Origin: Candidatus Latescibacterota bacterium | Lineage (GTDB): Bacteria; Latescibacterota; UBA2968; UBA8231 | Assembly: GCA_965197905.1 (NCBI GenBank) | Contig: CBDAOB010000003.1 | Span: 384,001-448,000 of the forward strand | DNA: 64,000 bases | Direction: 5' to 3' | Shown here: positions 29,933-45,559 of the stretch, one piece after another | How positions within the stretch are numbered: position 1 is the first letter of the stretch | Layout: each line of letters begins with the position of its first letter | Translations under genes and position numbers: made by a program | Notes under the pieces: generated by a model | What the model saw: only the letters and a program-made list of their open reading frames with translations | Databases searched by the model: none | Told to the model about the DNA's origin: nothing

Positions 29933-31427
29933 CTACTCTTCCTGACTCTCCTGCCCCAGGACTCGATCGATCTTGTTGCGACTCGTCCCTAGGAGCCTGG
30001 CGGCTTCGGAAATATTGCCGTGGTTCTCTTCGATGGCGCGCTGAACGACCCAGAGCTGGGCCTGAGCAGCAGCTTGCTCCAGATCTAAGGGTAGCCTTGG
30101 TATCGGAGCGGTTTCTGGACCAGGTGTAGCGGTGGCGGAGGTTACGGTTGCAGCAAGGTGGAGGTGATGCAGCATGATATCGGCGCCGCTGCTTTCTATG
30201 AGCGCGCGCTCAATGACGTTCTTGAGCTCCCGCACGTTTCCGGGAAAGCGGTGGGCTGTCAATCGTTCAATAACCTCCGGGCTCAGCGCCGGCGCCTCCC
30301 GTCCCATTTCCTGCGCAAACATTTCGAGAAAGTGCTGCGTCAGCAAAGGAATATCTGCCCGCCGCTCGCGCAGCGGCGGGGCTTCAACCGTGTACCGGGC
30401 TAGGCGGAAATAGAGGTCCTGGCGAAACGTAATTGCCTGTATACGCTCCTGTAGATTCACGTTCGTCGCTGCCAGGACGCGCACATCCACTTCCCTACTC
30501 TTGTTAGCGCCGACAGGCCAGACCTGGCCATCTTCGAGCACGCGCAGCAGCTTGCCCTGCAACTCCAGCGGCATATCGCCGATTTCATCAAGGAACAGGG
30601 TGCCTTCGTGCGCCATCTCGAAATATCCGGTCCGATCCGTGTCCGCCCCGGTGAAGGCACCGCGCATGTGTCCGAATAGCAGCGATTCAACCAATTCACC
30701 CGGAACCGCGGCGCAATTGACCGGTACAAACGGTCCGTCCTTGCGCGCGCTACCAAAATGAATGGCCCGCGCGATCAGTTCCTTGCCTGTCCCGCTTTCA
30801 CCCATGATCAACACAGTGGTGGCTATGTTCTCTTGCATGAGACGGATCTCTTTTACGATTCGCTGAAGCGTCTGGCTTTTGCCGACGAACCATTTCAGTC
30901 CCCAACGCTCCACCTCCCGTTGGGAGATCATGGACAGCCGGCCCCTGAGCGCCTTGCGCTGCGCTATCTCCACTTCCAATTCAAGGTTCTTCTCTACCAG
31001 TTCTTCGTTTTTCGCCGCCAGCTCTCCGGCCATTTTGTTCATGCGCACATGGGTGCGCACCCGGACTAGCACCTCCTCCTCCTCCTGTATCGGTTTGGTG
31101 ATGTAGTCCACGCCACCGGCCTCAAAGCCGGCCACGATATCCTCCTTCAAGTCTCTACCGGTTATGAAAATCACCGGAATCTGCTCGGTCGTAGGGTCCT
31201 GTTTGAGCCGGCGGCAGACCTCGTAGCCGTCCATCTCAGGCATCGTCACGTCCAGCAGGATCAGATCGGGAATGACCCGTGCTGCGCTCTTGAGGGCAAC
31301 CTGACCATTTGGCGCCAGCAAGACATCGTAACCTTCGAGTTCGAGCAAGCGGCACAGGAGATCCAAATTGGCCGGCTGGTCGTCCACCAGCAGGATCTTC
31401 GCCCCATCATTCATATCCGAGCTCTCG

Positions 31428-31435
<8 letters not shown>
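29933..31435 (-). CDS. sigma54-dependent response regulator (REC + AAA+ + Fis HTH)
   Basis: LLVDD/LLDVTMP receiver, [39 protein letters not shown]. Confidence 0.95.
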
Positions 31436-36156
<4,721 letters not shown>

Positions 36157-36175
36157 AATCCTTACCTGCTAGCCA

Positions 36176-36410
36176 TCACGGTCCCGTTGAAAGATCAGCT
36201 TGCGCACGCGATGAACTCTGGAGCCGGTTGGTGCCGCATCCGATGACCTGCCTAGCCAGGTCGTGTAGATCGTCGAAGAAGGTATAGCACAGTGGCACCA
36301 CCAACAGGGCCGATCCAACCGATCACGAGCAAGGCGACGAGAATCATCACCGCAATAACCGGCCGGTCGACGGATAACCGAGGCAGCAGGTATTTCTGCA
36401 AATCAAACGT
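36176..36410 (-). pseudogene. AcrB/RND transporter remnant (extreme N-terminus joined to extreme C-terminus)
   Basis: LPRLSVDRPVIAVMILVALLVIG (RND TM1-like), then in another frame from about 36308 LLVVPLCYTFFDDL (RND TM12-like). Confidence 0.6.
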
Positions 36411-36423
36411 CGATGGTACTACG

Positions 36424-36600
36424 CTACCTCAGCACTGCATCCTTGCGTTTTTGTTTCCTGACATATGGCGTTTCGATGCTATGCCGACGGCAGATGCGCC
36501 CGAAACTGCGAAGATCGATTCCGAGAGCAGCCGCCGCTTCCTTGTTGGAGGCATACAGTCGTGCCACACGGCGAACCGATTCTAAGGGTGTCTTGACCAT
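36424..36600 (-). CDS. Small basic HTH-like protein (58 aa)
   Basis: AGGAG RBS before ATG 36600; SNKEAAAALGIDLRSFGRICRRHSI resembles an HTH. Confidence 0.6.
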   Translation of the reverse strand: MVKTPLESVRRVARLYASNKEAAAALGIDLRSFGRICRRHSIETPYVRKQKRKDAVLR

Positions 36601-36913
36601 GGCTATCTCCTGTCGAATAGTCTGTTCTCTTTGCAAGGGGCATGCCGGACGTGGAGAAACTGAACGCAGACATGGGTGTTCGCCTACGAAGTTTCTCGCT
36701 AATTGACGCTACGAGAAGGACCTGTCTAACATCGCGTGAAACCAAAGCGGAGATCTACTGAAAAATTAGGACGGATAGAAGAGCGACGACTGTACCGCGG
36801 ATGGAACAATCGTTACAGATCTGGTACAGGATGTTAGATATTTGGTACGGTCATAAAGCCAGACTGATGTACTTCAGGATGCAATGCCAAGCGATACCCG
36901 ACTGCACTCCACC

Positions 36914-37981
36914 TCACTCTGAAGGTAGCCAACGATCCACATCCGCAACGGCAACTTCCTTTGTCTCACCCTCCAACCGTACCCGAGCGCCCACTTCATC
37001 GAGCTTGTAGATGGCCTGTTGCCAGAAACTGTCTGCGGTTCCCTCCTCGACTGCGTCGACGATGGCAACCAGAGCGTCCTCCAAGTAGCTTACGCCGTGG
37101 TGCTTGCCATATCGCTCGCGGACCTCGAACAGGCCGCGTAACACGCTGTCTCGATCCAATTGTGGTATACGGATGGGTGCGAAGCAGTCGACCAATCGTG
37201 GGTTCAATCTGCGACAATAGTCCATCTCGACGGTGACTCCGGTGAGCAACTGGAGGGTACCTTCCTCCAGAGCTGGCCGCAAAACTGATCCGTTCAAACT
37301 CTTCTCAAGGTCGACGAGATCTGCGAGACTGTGGAAATACAACAATACGTTGGCGATCGTTTTCGCCTCCTTCGCCATCGCGGTGACTCGCTCCTCCAAT
37401 TGCCCCCGGTATTTTACACCCGATTGGAGGCCGTCTATCGTCAGTAGGCGTCTGCTCGCGAGAGGTTCGGGAGCCGTCCCTGACGCAATATCCACCGCCA
37501 AAGCGTGTACTATGCCGCGTATCTCTGCGCTGTTGTCTCCGACGAGTACAACGCTGTTTCTATGGCGTCGGACCACCACGCAGGCGATTTCATCTATTAT
37601 CCGTTGACGGCCGGGAGCAGGGTCGAGCTCGTCGCGTCGCGCGTCGTCAACGAGGTCCCGCTGGAAGTAGTCGATAAATGGGGTCTCGCTTCTCTGTCCA
37701 GTCTGATCGTGGCGAGTGTCGGCGGGAACCGTTTCGAGAACGGTGTCCGCTCGCCCTTGGTCTTTAGCCGCCGAGGCGATGAGTTCTTGACCGATCTCTT
37801 CGGCTCGGCTGGGTTGCAGCAGACAAGCCCATGCCAGAATCGTCGAGTCGTTCGGGGGGTTGCGCCTGCCGCGCTCGATATCTGATAGGTAAGCTGGTGA
37901 GATGCGCTCATTCGAGATGTGGCTCAAATCGGAGGGGATCACAGGATACGAAACCCGGCACGAGTTCAGCCTCCCATCCAC
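36914..37981 (-). CDS. XRE-HTH-like segment fused to a degenerate ClpA/B/C first AAA+ domain
   Basis: ISPAYLSDIERGRRNPP (XRE-like); RDL...LDP..GR, KYRGQLEER, RYGKHHGV, LDEVGARVRL follow ClpC D1. The 5' end is uncertain. Confidence 0.7.
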   Translation of the reverse strand: MDGRLNSCRVSYPVIPSDLSHISNERISPAYLSDIERGRRNPPNDSTILAWACLLQPSRAEEIGQELIASAAKDQGRADTVLETVPADTRHDQTGQRSETPFIDYFQRDLVDDARRDELDPAPGRQRIIDEIACVVVRRHRNSVVLVGDNSAEIRGIVHALAVDIASGTAPEPLASRRLLTIDGLQSGVKYRGQLEERVTAMAKEAKTIANVLLYFHSLADLVDLEKSLNGSVLRPALEEGTLQLLTGVTVEMDYCRRLNPRLVDCFAPIRIPQLDRDSVLRGLFEVRERYGKHHGVSYLEDALVAIVDAVEEGTADSFWQQAIYKLDEVGARVRLEGETKEVAVADVDRWLPSE

Positions 37982-38136
37982 TTACTTAACTAGTTGTTTA
38001 ATCAATCTTTATAACATTATATCGGATCTAAATGTGGGGAAGCGTATCCGCTAAGGCATTGGCGATGTCACACCGAGCAGAGCCATGCACCAACGCCGGA
38101 ATGGGCTCTCCCCCCCCCGCCGAGACGGCGATGATC

Positions 38137-38874
38137 TCACGCCTTCCCGCCCGTCAGAATCGACACCACCTGCGGGACAGCCTCCGCCACACTTTCATCG
38201 AATTCATCGCCTTCCACGGGTGCAGCGTACGCCCGCAGTTCGATACTCCTGTAGCCTGCAACGCCGTCAAAGGTGCTCGACCAGGCGCCGGCTCCGGCGG
38301 TCCTGACTCTGGACTCCAGCTCCTTTCGAGGATATTCCCATCGCAGCTCCCTGCCACCGTAGCGGACCGTGTCTCCCTCCTTCACCCCGCTCATCCGCAT
38401 CCTGCGGTGTACCCCGAAGTGGATCAGCCTTCGATGCACGCCGTCGGTCTGTTGACCGGAGTCCTCCCATCCTTCTACCAGATAGCTCCCCGTCAAATGC
38501 GACAGCCTGAACCCATCACCATCGCGTTCGATCATCGGAACCCTTCCAGCGGCCGTGATATAGGCGGTCGGGATGCCTCTCAACTCGAACTCCAGCATAT
38601 CGTGCAAACTGCACGAACTGGCGCCGCATCAGTCCACGACTCCCATCACAAGCCCATCGCACCGCGGAACGATCTCCTCCAGAAGCTTCTTCGAGCAGAC
38701 CCGGTAGGGAGATGACTTCCTCCACGGTCCGACCACATTCGCGTCATACTCTCCTCCGAGCCGTTCCCCTACCGCCTCGAGAACGGCTGCTGAAGTACGC
38801 TTTCCCGGATCCAGAAGTCCGATCCTGGCACTGCTCAAGCGGGTCAATCGGGATGCAGGTTCGATACCTGACAT
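38137..38874 (-). CDS. UGSC-family-like selenoprotein candidate (in-frame UGA at 38629-38631)
   Basis: ORFs 38629..38874 and 38137..38607 share a frame; read-through gives GVVD-U-CGASSCSLHD...RGIPT, paralleling UGSC-family proteins (IGLL..GK...DUGSC...HD...GIP). Confidence 0.65.
38600..38616 (-). promoter_or_regulatory. SECIS-like hairpin
   Basis: TCGTGCA-GTT-TGCACGA begins 12 nt after the UGA; G at the first loop position. Confidence 0.55.
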
Positions 38875-39118
38875 AGCTCTGCTCCTTTCCTTGGAGTGTT
38901 CCGCGCGTCAGTGACAAATATTGGTGAATGATTCCACGATAGCGAGTCTTGAGACGGGTGCCGTCTATCGTAGTGAATAGTGCGCAGCGACAGTCCGTCC
39001 GGGTCCTCGGCCATACACGACAGCGCCGGAGTGAAACGAAATGGAGCAGACAGCGGCGTTGCAACAGAGCATCGCCGAGATGCACTAATATCAAGTGTGC
39101 TAAAGTATCTAAAGTGAT

Positions 39119-39988
39119 TTATGTCTGGGGACGCCCCGCATGCGCGGATTTGTGCTGGTGGTTCAGTTCCAAAGGCATACCTGCGGTAATATCGTTGCCC
39201 GATCCAGCAGTGACCGGCCAGGCCTGGCCGCCCTCGAATACAAAGTCTTCCCGGCCGCACAGCCACAGGAACAGACGCGCAACGCGGACGGAGTCGTGCC
39301 ATTTCTCGGGCATTTGGTGGCCGGTGCTGAAGTCGATCTTGGCGAAATCGCACTGCGGGTCGACAACCCAGTCGCGCCTGGGCGCGGCCGTGCGCCGGTA
39401 GTTGTATTTGAGCAGGTTGCGGATGCCGCTGGCCGTGGAGGGGGTAGCGCGATGCCAGATCGAGTAGTGGGTGATAAAGATCGAGCCGGCCGGCGCCACC
39501 GTCTGCACGGCCTGGCGAATGCTGCCGTATTGGGTCATGTACCGGCGCTTGACGCGAAGAAGGTGGGAACTGGGCAGGACCTCGGTAGGACCCAGCTCCG
39601 CGGGCGTATCCTGCGGGTAGTAGAAAACCTGTAGGCTGTCGAGCCGCGGCGAGTCGACAGCCCCGCCGTCGCGGTGCCAGCCGCCACTCATGGCGCGCGG
39701 GCACTGGACGCGGTGGTTGCCCATGATCATGGGTACTTTGAAGTCTTTGCCCAGGAGCGAGCGCACCGCCCCCGCTGCCTGCGGGTTCTTAATGACGTGG
39801 TCGACGAACCACTCCTCATCCAGGATTTCGATCGGCACTATCTCGGGATACCTGTCGACGAATTCCGTCGTGCGGCGGTTGACCTCGGCGGGGACCACGG
39901 CCTCGAGCATCATGAAGCCATTCTTGCAGAATTCAATCACTTGCTGGTCGGTCAGCGTCGGTTCACAATCGTATATTTCTCCCAACAT
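39119..39988 (-). CDS. Phytanoyl-CoA dioxygenase (PhyH) family Fe(II)/2OG enzyme
   Basis: WHRD, GPTEVLPSSH, AGSIFITHYSIWHR. Confidence 0.85.
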   Translation of the reverse strand: MLGEIYDCEPTLTDQQVIEFCKNGFMMLEAVVPAEVNRRTTEFVDRYPEIVPIEILDEEWFVDHVIKNPQAAGAVRSLLGKDFKVPMIMGNHRVQCPRAMSGGWHRDGGAVDSPRLDSLQVFYYPQDTPAELGPTEVLPSSHLLRVKRRYMTQYGSIRQAVQTVAPAGSIFITHYSIWHRATPSTASGIRNLLKYNYRRTAAPRRDWVVDPQCDFAKIDFSTGHQMPEKWHDSVRVARLFLWLCGREDFVFEGGQAWPVTAGSGNDITAGMPLELNHQHKSAHAGRPQT

Positions 39989-40747
39989 GATCCGTCCTTT
40001 CGTGGATTTATTTTGGTGTTCATTTTCCGCTTCTTTCTAGAGCGGCACCGCATCTGCTTTTTGCGGCCAGGACGGCCGCTTTGTCTTTGTGCCACATGCC
40101 CGTTAACTCTTTGTATCTGAACCTTGTGGGGTTGCTGTACAGACTACTATGTCACCCTGGAATATAGTGTGAACCATTAATTAAATTCCTTTTCGGAGGG
40201 AAGCTGGGGGGTTGGGTTAAAATTCCAACATGGCTTTGACCACCCTCTGGTCGGGGTCTAACCCCAGGTGGGGCAGTCTTCGATTATGGTGTCGGTGGTC
40301 GTTGGGTCAAGTCAGGTGGCGCAATCGCTTCGTTTTCCAATGAGTCGGCCATTGGGTACCTCCGATGTGTGGTTGGGAATACACCAATCTTGCAATTTTC
40401 GTGTCGAGAGACAAGAAAGCGATGGCAGACCCGAAGCAGTGGAAATTCCAGAGTGTAAGCATGTGGTCACGATACGTTCAGGCTGGCGCTGGCACCGCGA
40501 CGGTATTTCGGTCGCTCACACGCGTTCGAATCCCATACGGGCCAACGTAAAAGGGTATCTGATCAGATTCAGGGTCCCCTTCCCTTCTTTGGAACATTTC
40601 GTCAAATTATCGACTCTTCCCTTTCCAGCTAGCGACACCAGTGGTAAGTACGCCGTCAGAAGCCTCGATTCGGAGATGCTTCAGTCATAATTCAGATGCT
40701 GAGGGTAAAGCGAGCCAAACCCATCCCAATTTGAGCCCAACTCACAT

Positions 40748-41413
40748 ATGAAAATCCAGATTACCGGATTATTGATAGCTATTCCGATTCTTGCTTCGAG
40801 TGCAGGAGCACAGGAAATCACAGGTTCTATTTTCAAGGATGCGTACCACCCCGTGCTGCTACGACATAGTAGACTTCCTGTAGTTCGTCGCATCCAGCAG
40901 AATAGCAGGTTCCTTCATTCCGGATTTTTGCAAACATCAATGCCAGTCATCGCAATGCAACCCCCAAGAATGAATCACGCTTCAGGACCTCGGCTTGTGC
41001 CTTGGATGGGAGGAAGAGATGGCATCACGAAAAACCAAGAGAAAGTCCGTATGGAATCTTGGAATTTAGCTCTGCGCGGCCTGCTTGAGTTATCGAGCTT
41101 AGCCGCGATGGGATATTGGGGATTTGAAAAGGGAGATGGTGCAGGACGTTACGCTCTGATGATCGGCGTGCCCCTGGTATCAGCAGCTGCCTGGGGCATT
41201 TTTGCCGTTGAAGGTGATCCGAGTCGGTCAGGGACCACAGTTGTTCATACGCCTAGCATCCTGCGATTGGCGTTGGAGGTGGGTTTTTTCACGTTTTCGA
41301 CCTGGGCAATTCAAGATGTTGGCGCGAAACCTCTTGCTATAGGTTTTGGAGGTGCCGCTGTTTTTCACTATGCGGTGTCGTACAAACGCGTGCTGTGGCT
41401 TCTGCATCTGTAG
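40748..41413 (+). CDS. YrdB/DUF2568-like membrane protein (family domain from ATG 41051)
   Basis: NLALRGLLEL...GYWG...WGIFAV.GDPSRSG...LRLALE; the N-terminal extension is uncertain. Confidence 0.65.
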   Translation: MKIQITGLLIAIPILASSAGAQEITGSIFKDAYHPVLLRHSRLPVVRRIQQNSRFLHSGFLQTSMPVIAMQPPRMNHASGPRLVPWMGGRDGITKNQEKVRMESWNLALRGLLELSSLAAMGYWGFEKGDGAGRYALMIGVPLVSAAAWGIFAVEGDPSRSGTTVVHTPSILRLALEVGFFTFSTWAIQDVGAKPLAIGFGGAAVFHYAVSYKRVLWLLHL

Positions 41414-41507
41414 AATTTGAACCAATCCATGAGGCACATTTCATATGACCGCGGTCGAGAGTGGTCACCAACGGGAGTGAGATCGGTCTTCAAGATAGGA
41501 GGATTCC

Positions 41508-42180
41508 ATGTTTGTCGGACACTTCGGCGTGGGATTGGGTCTTAAATCGGTGGTTCCAGCCCTTTCGCTAGGCACCCTCTTTCTCGCTGCGCAGTTCATT
41601 GATTTGCTGTGGCCCTCGCTGCTCCTGGTCGGACTGGAGCACGTCGAGATCGCACCCGGCATTACACGCGTTACTCCGCTGGACTTCGTTAATTATCCGA
41701 TCTCCCACAGCCTGCTGGCCGTCCTCGGCTGGGCCGTCCTATTTGCCTTGACATATCTGCTGATACGGAGGCATCGGCTCGGTGCCGTCATCTGCGGGGT
41801 AGCCGTACTGTCACTGGCTGCTCGACCTGGTGACCCATCGTCCTGATCTCCCCCTATATCCCGGCAGCGAGTCCCTGGTTGGTTTTGGCCTGTGGAATTC
41901 ATTGTGGGCAACACTGGTGGTTGAATTGTTGCTCTTCGGAGGCGGCATCTGGCTCTACCTTCGCAGCACCCATGCCCGTGATCGGATTGGGTCCATTGGA
42001 TTGTGGGCGCTGCTCGGATTCCTGCTTCTGGTTTATCTAGGCAACCTCTTTGGACCTCCACCAGAGAACGTCACCGCGCTGGCATGGGTATGCCAAGCCC
42101 AATGGCTGGTAGTCGTATGGGGGTACTGGGTTGACAATCATCGGCACGAGACACTGAGTCAGGAATCACTATCCAGTTGA
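41508..42180 (+). CDS. Membrane-bound metal-dependent hydrolase-like protein; frameshift at about 41810
   Basis: MFVGH, IDLLWP, SHSL, and reconstructed SHWLLDLVTHRPDLP; GGAGG RBS. Confidence 0.75.
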
Positions 42181-42324
42181 GGAGTGGAGATTGACATCAC
42201 CTCCGCCTGTTGGATGTCCGTTCAACCGCTTCTTCGCAGTAGTAATTATCCCGATCACGCGGCTTTGCGGGCCGGGTAGAGACCGAAGAAAGTCAGGAGG
42301 GCAACAGCACTTATCAGCTGTGCC

Positions 42325-42531
42325 ATGCGCGCTGACGGCGGGCCCGTGAAGGTGTTCGCCAACGCCGATCTGTCGCAGCACTGTCCGCTGACGGTGGAGG
42401 TGGAGGTGCTGGATGAGCAGTTTCAGCCGCTGCCGGCGGGGGAGTCGTTCCGCTTGCAGGTTAACTACGGTGGCGGTTTGCGGCCGGAGGATGCGAAGCT
42501 CTACGTGTTGTATGTTGCGGGGGACGGCTAG
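42325..42531 (+). pseudogene. Short C-terminal gene remnant
   Basis: VFANAD...VEVLDEQFQPLP...AKLY resembles the C-terminal beta-sandwich of proteins like 57186..58583; no matching N-terminus. Confidence 0.35.
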
Positions 42532-42638
42532 ACTAAGTGCTGGCCTTTACTGATCAGGTTGAGCCAAGAGCAAGCCGCAACCTCGAAGGTTCGATACAAG
42601 GAACCGCTCCAGAATTTACGGCTCGCGACGCCCGATCT

Positions 42639-43661
42639 CTACCCCCCGAGCTCCACCGCCAGCACCCACATCGGAGCCTTACCCACGTCGTAGATCACCC
42701 GGTCTGTCAGCTCTCCGCTGTCTTGATCGATGCCGTAGGCCGACATCTTGCCGCTCACGGCGCCGGCCGCGAAAAAGAACTTTCCCTGCGGGTCCACCTC
42801 GATCCCTCTCACGTGATTTTCGGTGGGCACCCGGCCGATGAGTGACAACTCTCCGGAGTTTTCGTCTATGTTGAAGCAAGCGACGCTGTCGTGGCCTCGA
42901 TTCGGGGCGTAGAGGAACTTGCCGCTCGGATGCACGCGAAGCTGGGAGGTCGAGTTCTCGCTCCTGTCAAAATCGTCAGGCAGGGTCGAGATTGTCTGAA
43001 AGGCGAACACCGTTCCCGATTCGCTGACATTGTAAGCCGAAATGCTGTTGCCCTGTTCATCGGTCGTATACATCACCGCCATTTTCGGATGGAAACGGAT
43101 GTGACGCGGACCCAGTCTTTCTGACGGCACCATTTTTAGTGGCGTATTCGGTGTGATCTCACCCGTGTCCCCGTCGTATTTGTATTGATAGAGTGCATTC
43201 GAATTGATGCAGTTCGGCACGTAGACGAATCTATTCGACGGGTGCACCTCCACCGAGTGCGCCCCCGGTTCCGTTCTCACCGTGCACACGGCGGGCTCCG
43301 CCAGCACACCATCGCCGCCGACACGGTAGCTGCTCGCCCTGGCCCCGCGCTGGCCCGAGGTGAGCACGAACTTGCCGGTTCCATCCACGGTTACGTAAGC
43401 GGAATCCGATTCTTCCTCGATTGTGCCGAGGTGCGCCAGGGTGCCCGTCGCCTGGTCGATGGCCAGTGTGGCTAGTTTGCTGATGGGACGGCGCACGGCG
43501 TACAGGAAGTTCTTGTTCGGAGCTAACGCCAGCGCTGCTGGTCCCCCCTCCAACGGCAGGTCTTCCTGCTTTTCCAGCACGCCGGTTTCGGCGTCCATCT
43601 CAAAGATGCTGATCTTGTCTTCGCCGCTGATGCTAACGTACAGGTAGTAGGCCATCGTCAC
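42639..43661 (-). CDS. pgl: 6-phosphogluconolactonase (YbhE/Pgl-type beta-propeller lactonase)
   Basis: GAHSV, GPRHIRFHP, HPSGKFLYAPNRGHDS, PMWV. Confidence 0.8.
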   Translation of the reverse strand: MTMAYYLYVSISGEDKISIFEMDAETGVLEKQEDLPLEGGPAALALAPNKNFLYAVRRPISKLATLAIDQATGTLAHLGTIEEESDSAYVTVDGTGKFVLTSGQRGARASSYRVGGDGVLAEPAVCTVRTEPGAHSVEVHPSNRFVYVPNCINSNALYQYKYDGDTGEITPNTPLKMVPSERLGPRHIRFHPKMAVMYTTDEQGNSISAYNVSESGTVFAFQTISTLPDDFDRSENSTSQLRVHPSGKFLYAPNRGHDSVACFNIDENSGELSLIGRVPTENHVRGIEVDPQGKFFFAAGAVSGKMSAYGIDQDSGELTDRVIYDVGKAPMWVLAVELGG

Positions 43662-43720
43662 CTCTCTCCCGTTGAATTGTCGTCCGGTTGCTGGCAGAAG
43701 CTAGGCAATTCTCTATCCGA

Positions 43721-44548
43721 TCAATATCGCCTTTTCCAGCGCCAGCTGTCGCTGCCCGAGATGAGCGGCTTGATGTCTTCAGGCAAGGTTTCGATGAATT
43801 CAGGGCTGACCTCGTTCCTCGGCCACTCGCGGAGCATCGGTGGTGTATAGCCGGCGATTAGGATTGTACGTTCCGCATCGCTACGGATCGCAGTACTGCT
43901 GTGGAGGAGAGATTCCGTAAAAAGCAAGGTTGACCCGGCCATTGCTTCGACCTGATGAATCAACCTGTCATCCGCAAGCGCAGCATTAATCATCTCTTCA
44001 GCTGACCACGTCAGGCGATGTGAGCCTGGAATCACACACGTTCCACCGTCATCCGGACCGACGTCTGTCAGGTAGGATAACGTCTTGACGAAGATAGCGT
44101 GGAATTTGTTCTGCTCGATGTAGGTTCCCCAGCCGTGCTTGGTTCCTCTATGAAACTTGGTCGGATTATAGCGCCTCTTGTAAAGCTCATGGAGGGCCAG
44201 GACTGGATCCTTTCGGTTAATGATTGCCTCGGTTTCCTCCAGACGAACCTTACCGCCAACGACCTCCTCGACAAGCGGAACGAGCTTCCGGTGAGCGGCG
44301 TATTCCAAAAGTGCCGGGTCGTATTCGACGAGATTGCCCATCTTGGTATAATGATCGCTTCGGCTGGCATAGACTCGTTTGGATTCGAGATCTGGGTCAA
44401 CGCGGATCCGGTGGAGAGCGTCCTTCATCCGACCAACCTCGTCAGACGTCAAGGCGTTCTCTAGCAACACGTAACCGTAAATATCAAAGTGTAGGCGTTG
44501 TGCAGGTGTCAAACGGATGGTTTCGTTGTTATCCATTGATTTAGCCAA
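43721..44548 (-). CDS. PhyH-family dioxygenase
   Basis: FDIYGY, YLTDVGPDDGGTCVIPGSH, LLH; FHRG in place of HxD. Confidence 0.8.
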   Translation of the reverse strand: MAKSMDNNETIRLTPAQRLHFDIYGYVLLENALTSDEVGRMKDALHRIRVDPDLESKRVYASRSDHYTKMGNLVEYDPALLEYAAHRKLVPLVEEVVGGKVRLEETEAIINRKDPVLALHELYKRRYNPTKFHRGTKHGWGTYIEQNKFHAIFVKTLSYLTDVGPDDGGTCVIPGSHRLTWSAEEMINAALADDRLIHQVEAMAGSTLLFTESLLHSSTAIRSDAERTILIAGYTPPMLREWPRNEVSPEFIETLPEDIKPLISGSDSWRWKRRY

Positions 44549-45092
44549 GCAAAGAGAAATCCAAATTTGAAACGGCTCAGTAGAGGGTATGGATAGTTAA
44601 AATACGGTGGCATTAGTTTTTGTGACAATAGCAATTTCCGGTTGCACAGCAGGGAGTGTCGCGCTGAGCGGCAGGGTGGTAAGGGACACAACGGGTATAC
44701 CTCTGACAAATGCTCGAATTGATATATATACCAAACCCAATGAAGTCCTAGGCCCGGTAGCCCAAACCTATACAGACAGCAGCGGAAGATCGAGCTGGGT
44801 GATCCACCTGATCAAGGATCAAGTTTTTTGCTTCATGTTAATCATATTATCCACGAACCCGTATCGGTCCATGTGACTTTCCTGGGTCAGAGTGCCATGC
44901 ATTTTGCTCCAGGAGACTGCCAACTTTTACGACCTATCGATAAGTTTCGCAAGACAAATCTTCAAGAACCGAGCGAACCTCAATGACCGCATAGGTACTT
45001 GATGCGAAGCCGCTGGATAACTCGGACTTTGACAAATTAGTCCGAGATCTTCCGGCATTTCGAAATCACGGAAGGAAGAAGGCGGAATTCTG

Positions 45093-45287
45093 CTAGATCA
45101 GGGCTTTTATCTCCACAAACCAGGAACGAACGTTGTGACCTGCGGTGGGAAACCAGATGAGGTCGACGCAAACCGAGACGATTATTCCACTTACATAGCC
45201 GATTGCCAGACCGTAGAAAAACGGCTTGCCCGCCAGGTAAGCGCCTTTGCCGCCGAAGCGCAACAGCAACACCTTCACCAATGGCAC
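45093..45287 (-). pseudogene. C-terminal remnant of a DUF6784-like membrane protein
   Basis: LVK..LLRFGG..AY...KPFFYGL.IG...VDLIWFP..GH without an upstream body. Confidence 0.45.
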
Positions 45288-45523
45288 TAGCTGGTGGATG
45301 GCCTCATGGAAGCGGGATTCGATATGCCGAGCGTTTCCGGAGGTCCCCTTTCATACATCGTATCAGCTTGTTGGCAGCGGAATGAAGGCGGAGGTTTTTG
45401 AAAACGGGAACAAATGAGAAAATCTGTCTTTCAAATGGCCTCACGGTAGACCCGGCGCCGGAACATGCACGCTAGTTCGAAAATTTTCGAGAATCCTGAA
45501 TACTCTAATCCGCTGAAAACACT

Positions 45524-45534
45524 TTGACATTGTT
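45524..45534 (+). promoter_or_regulatory. Third, partial copy of the TTGACATTGTT motif
   Basis: 11 bp identical to the motif at 6805..6819 and 11481..11495, upstream of a CBM9-domain gene. Confidence 0.4.
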
Positions 45535-45559
45535 CATCGCGAAACATTGGTTTGCCTTG

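Noticed and set aside
40120..40740. Lower-GC spacer with short hairpins, possible ncRNA or gene
   Set aside because: No recognisable RNA family or protein motif.
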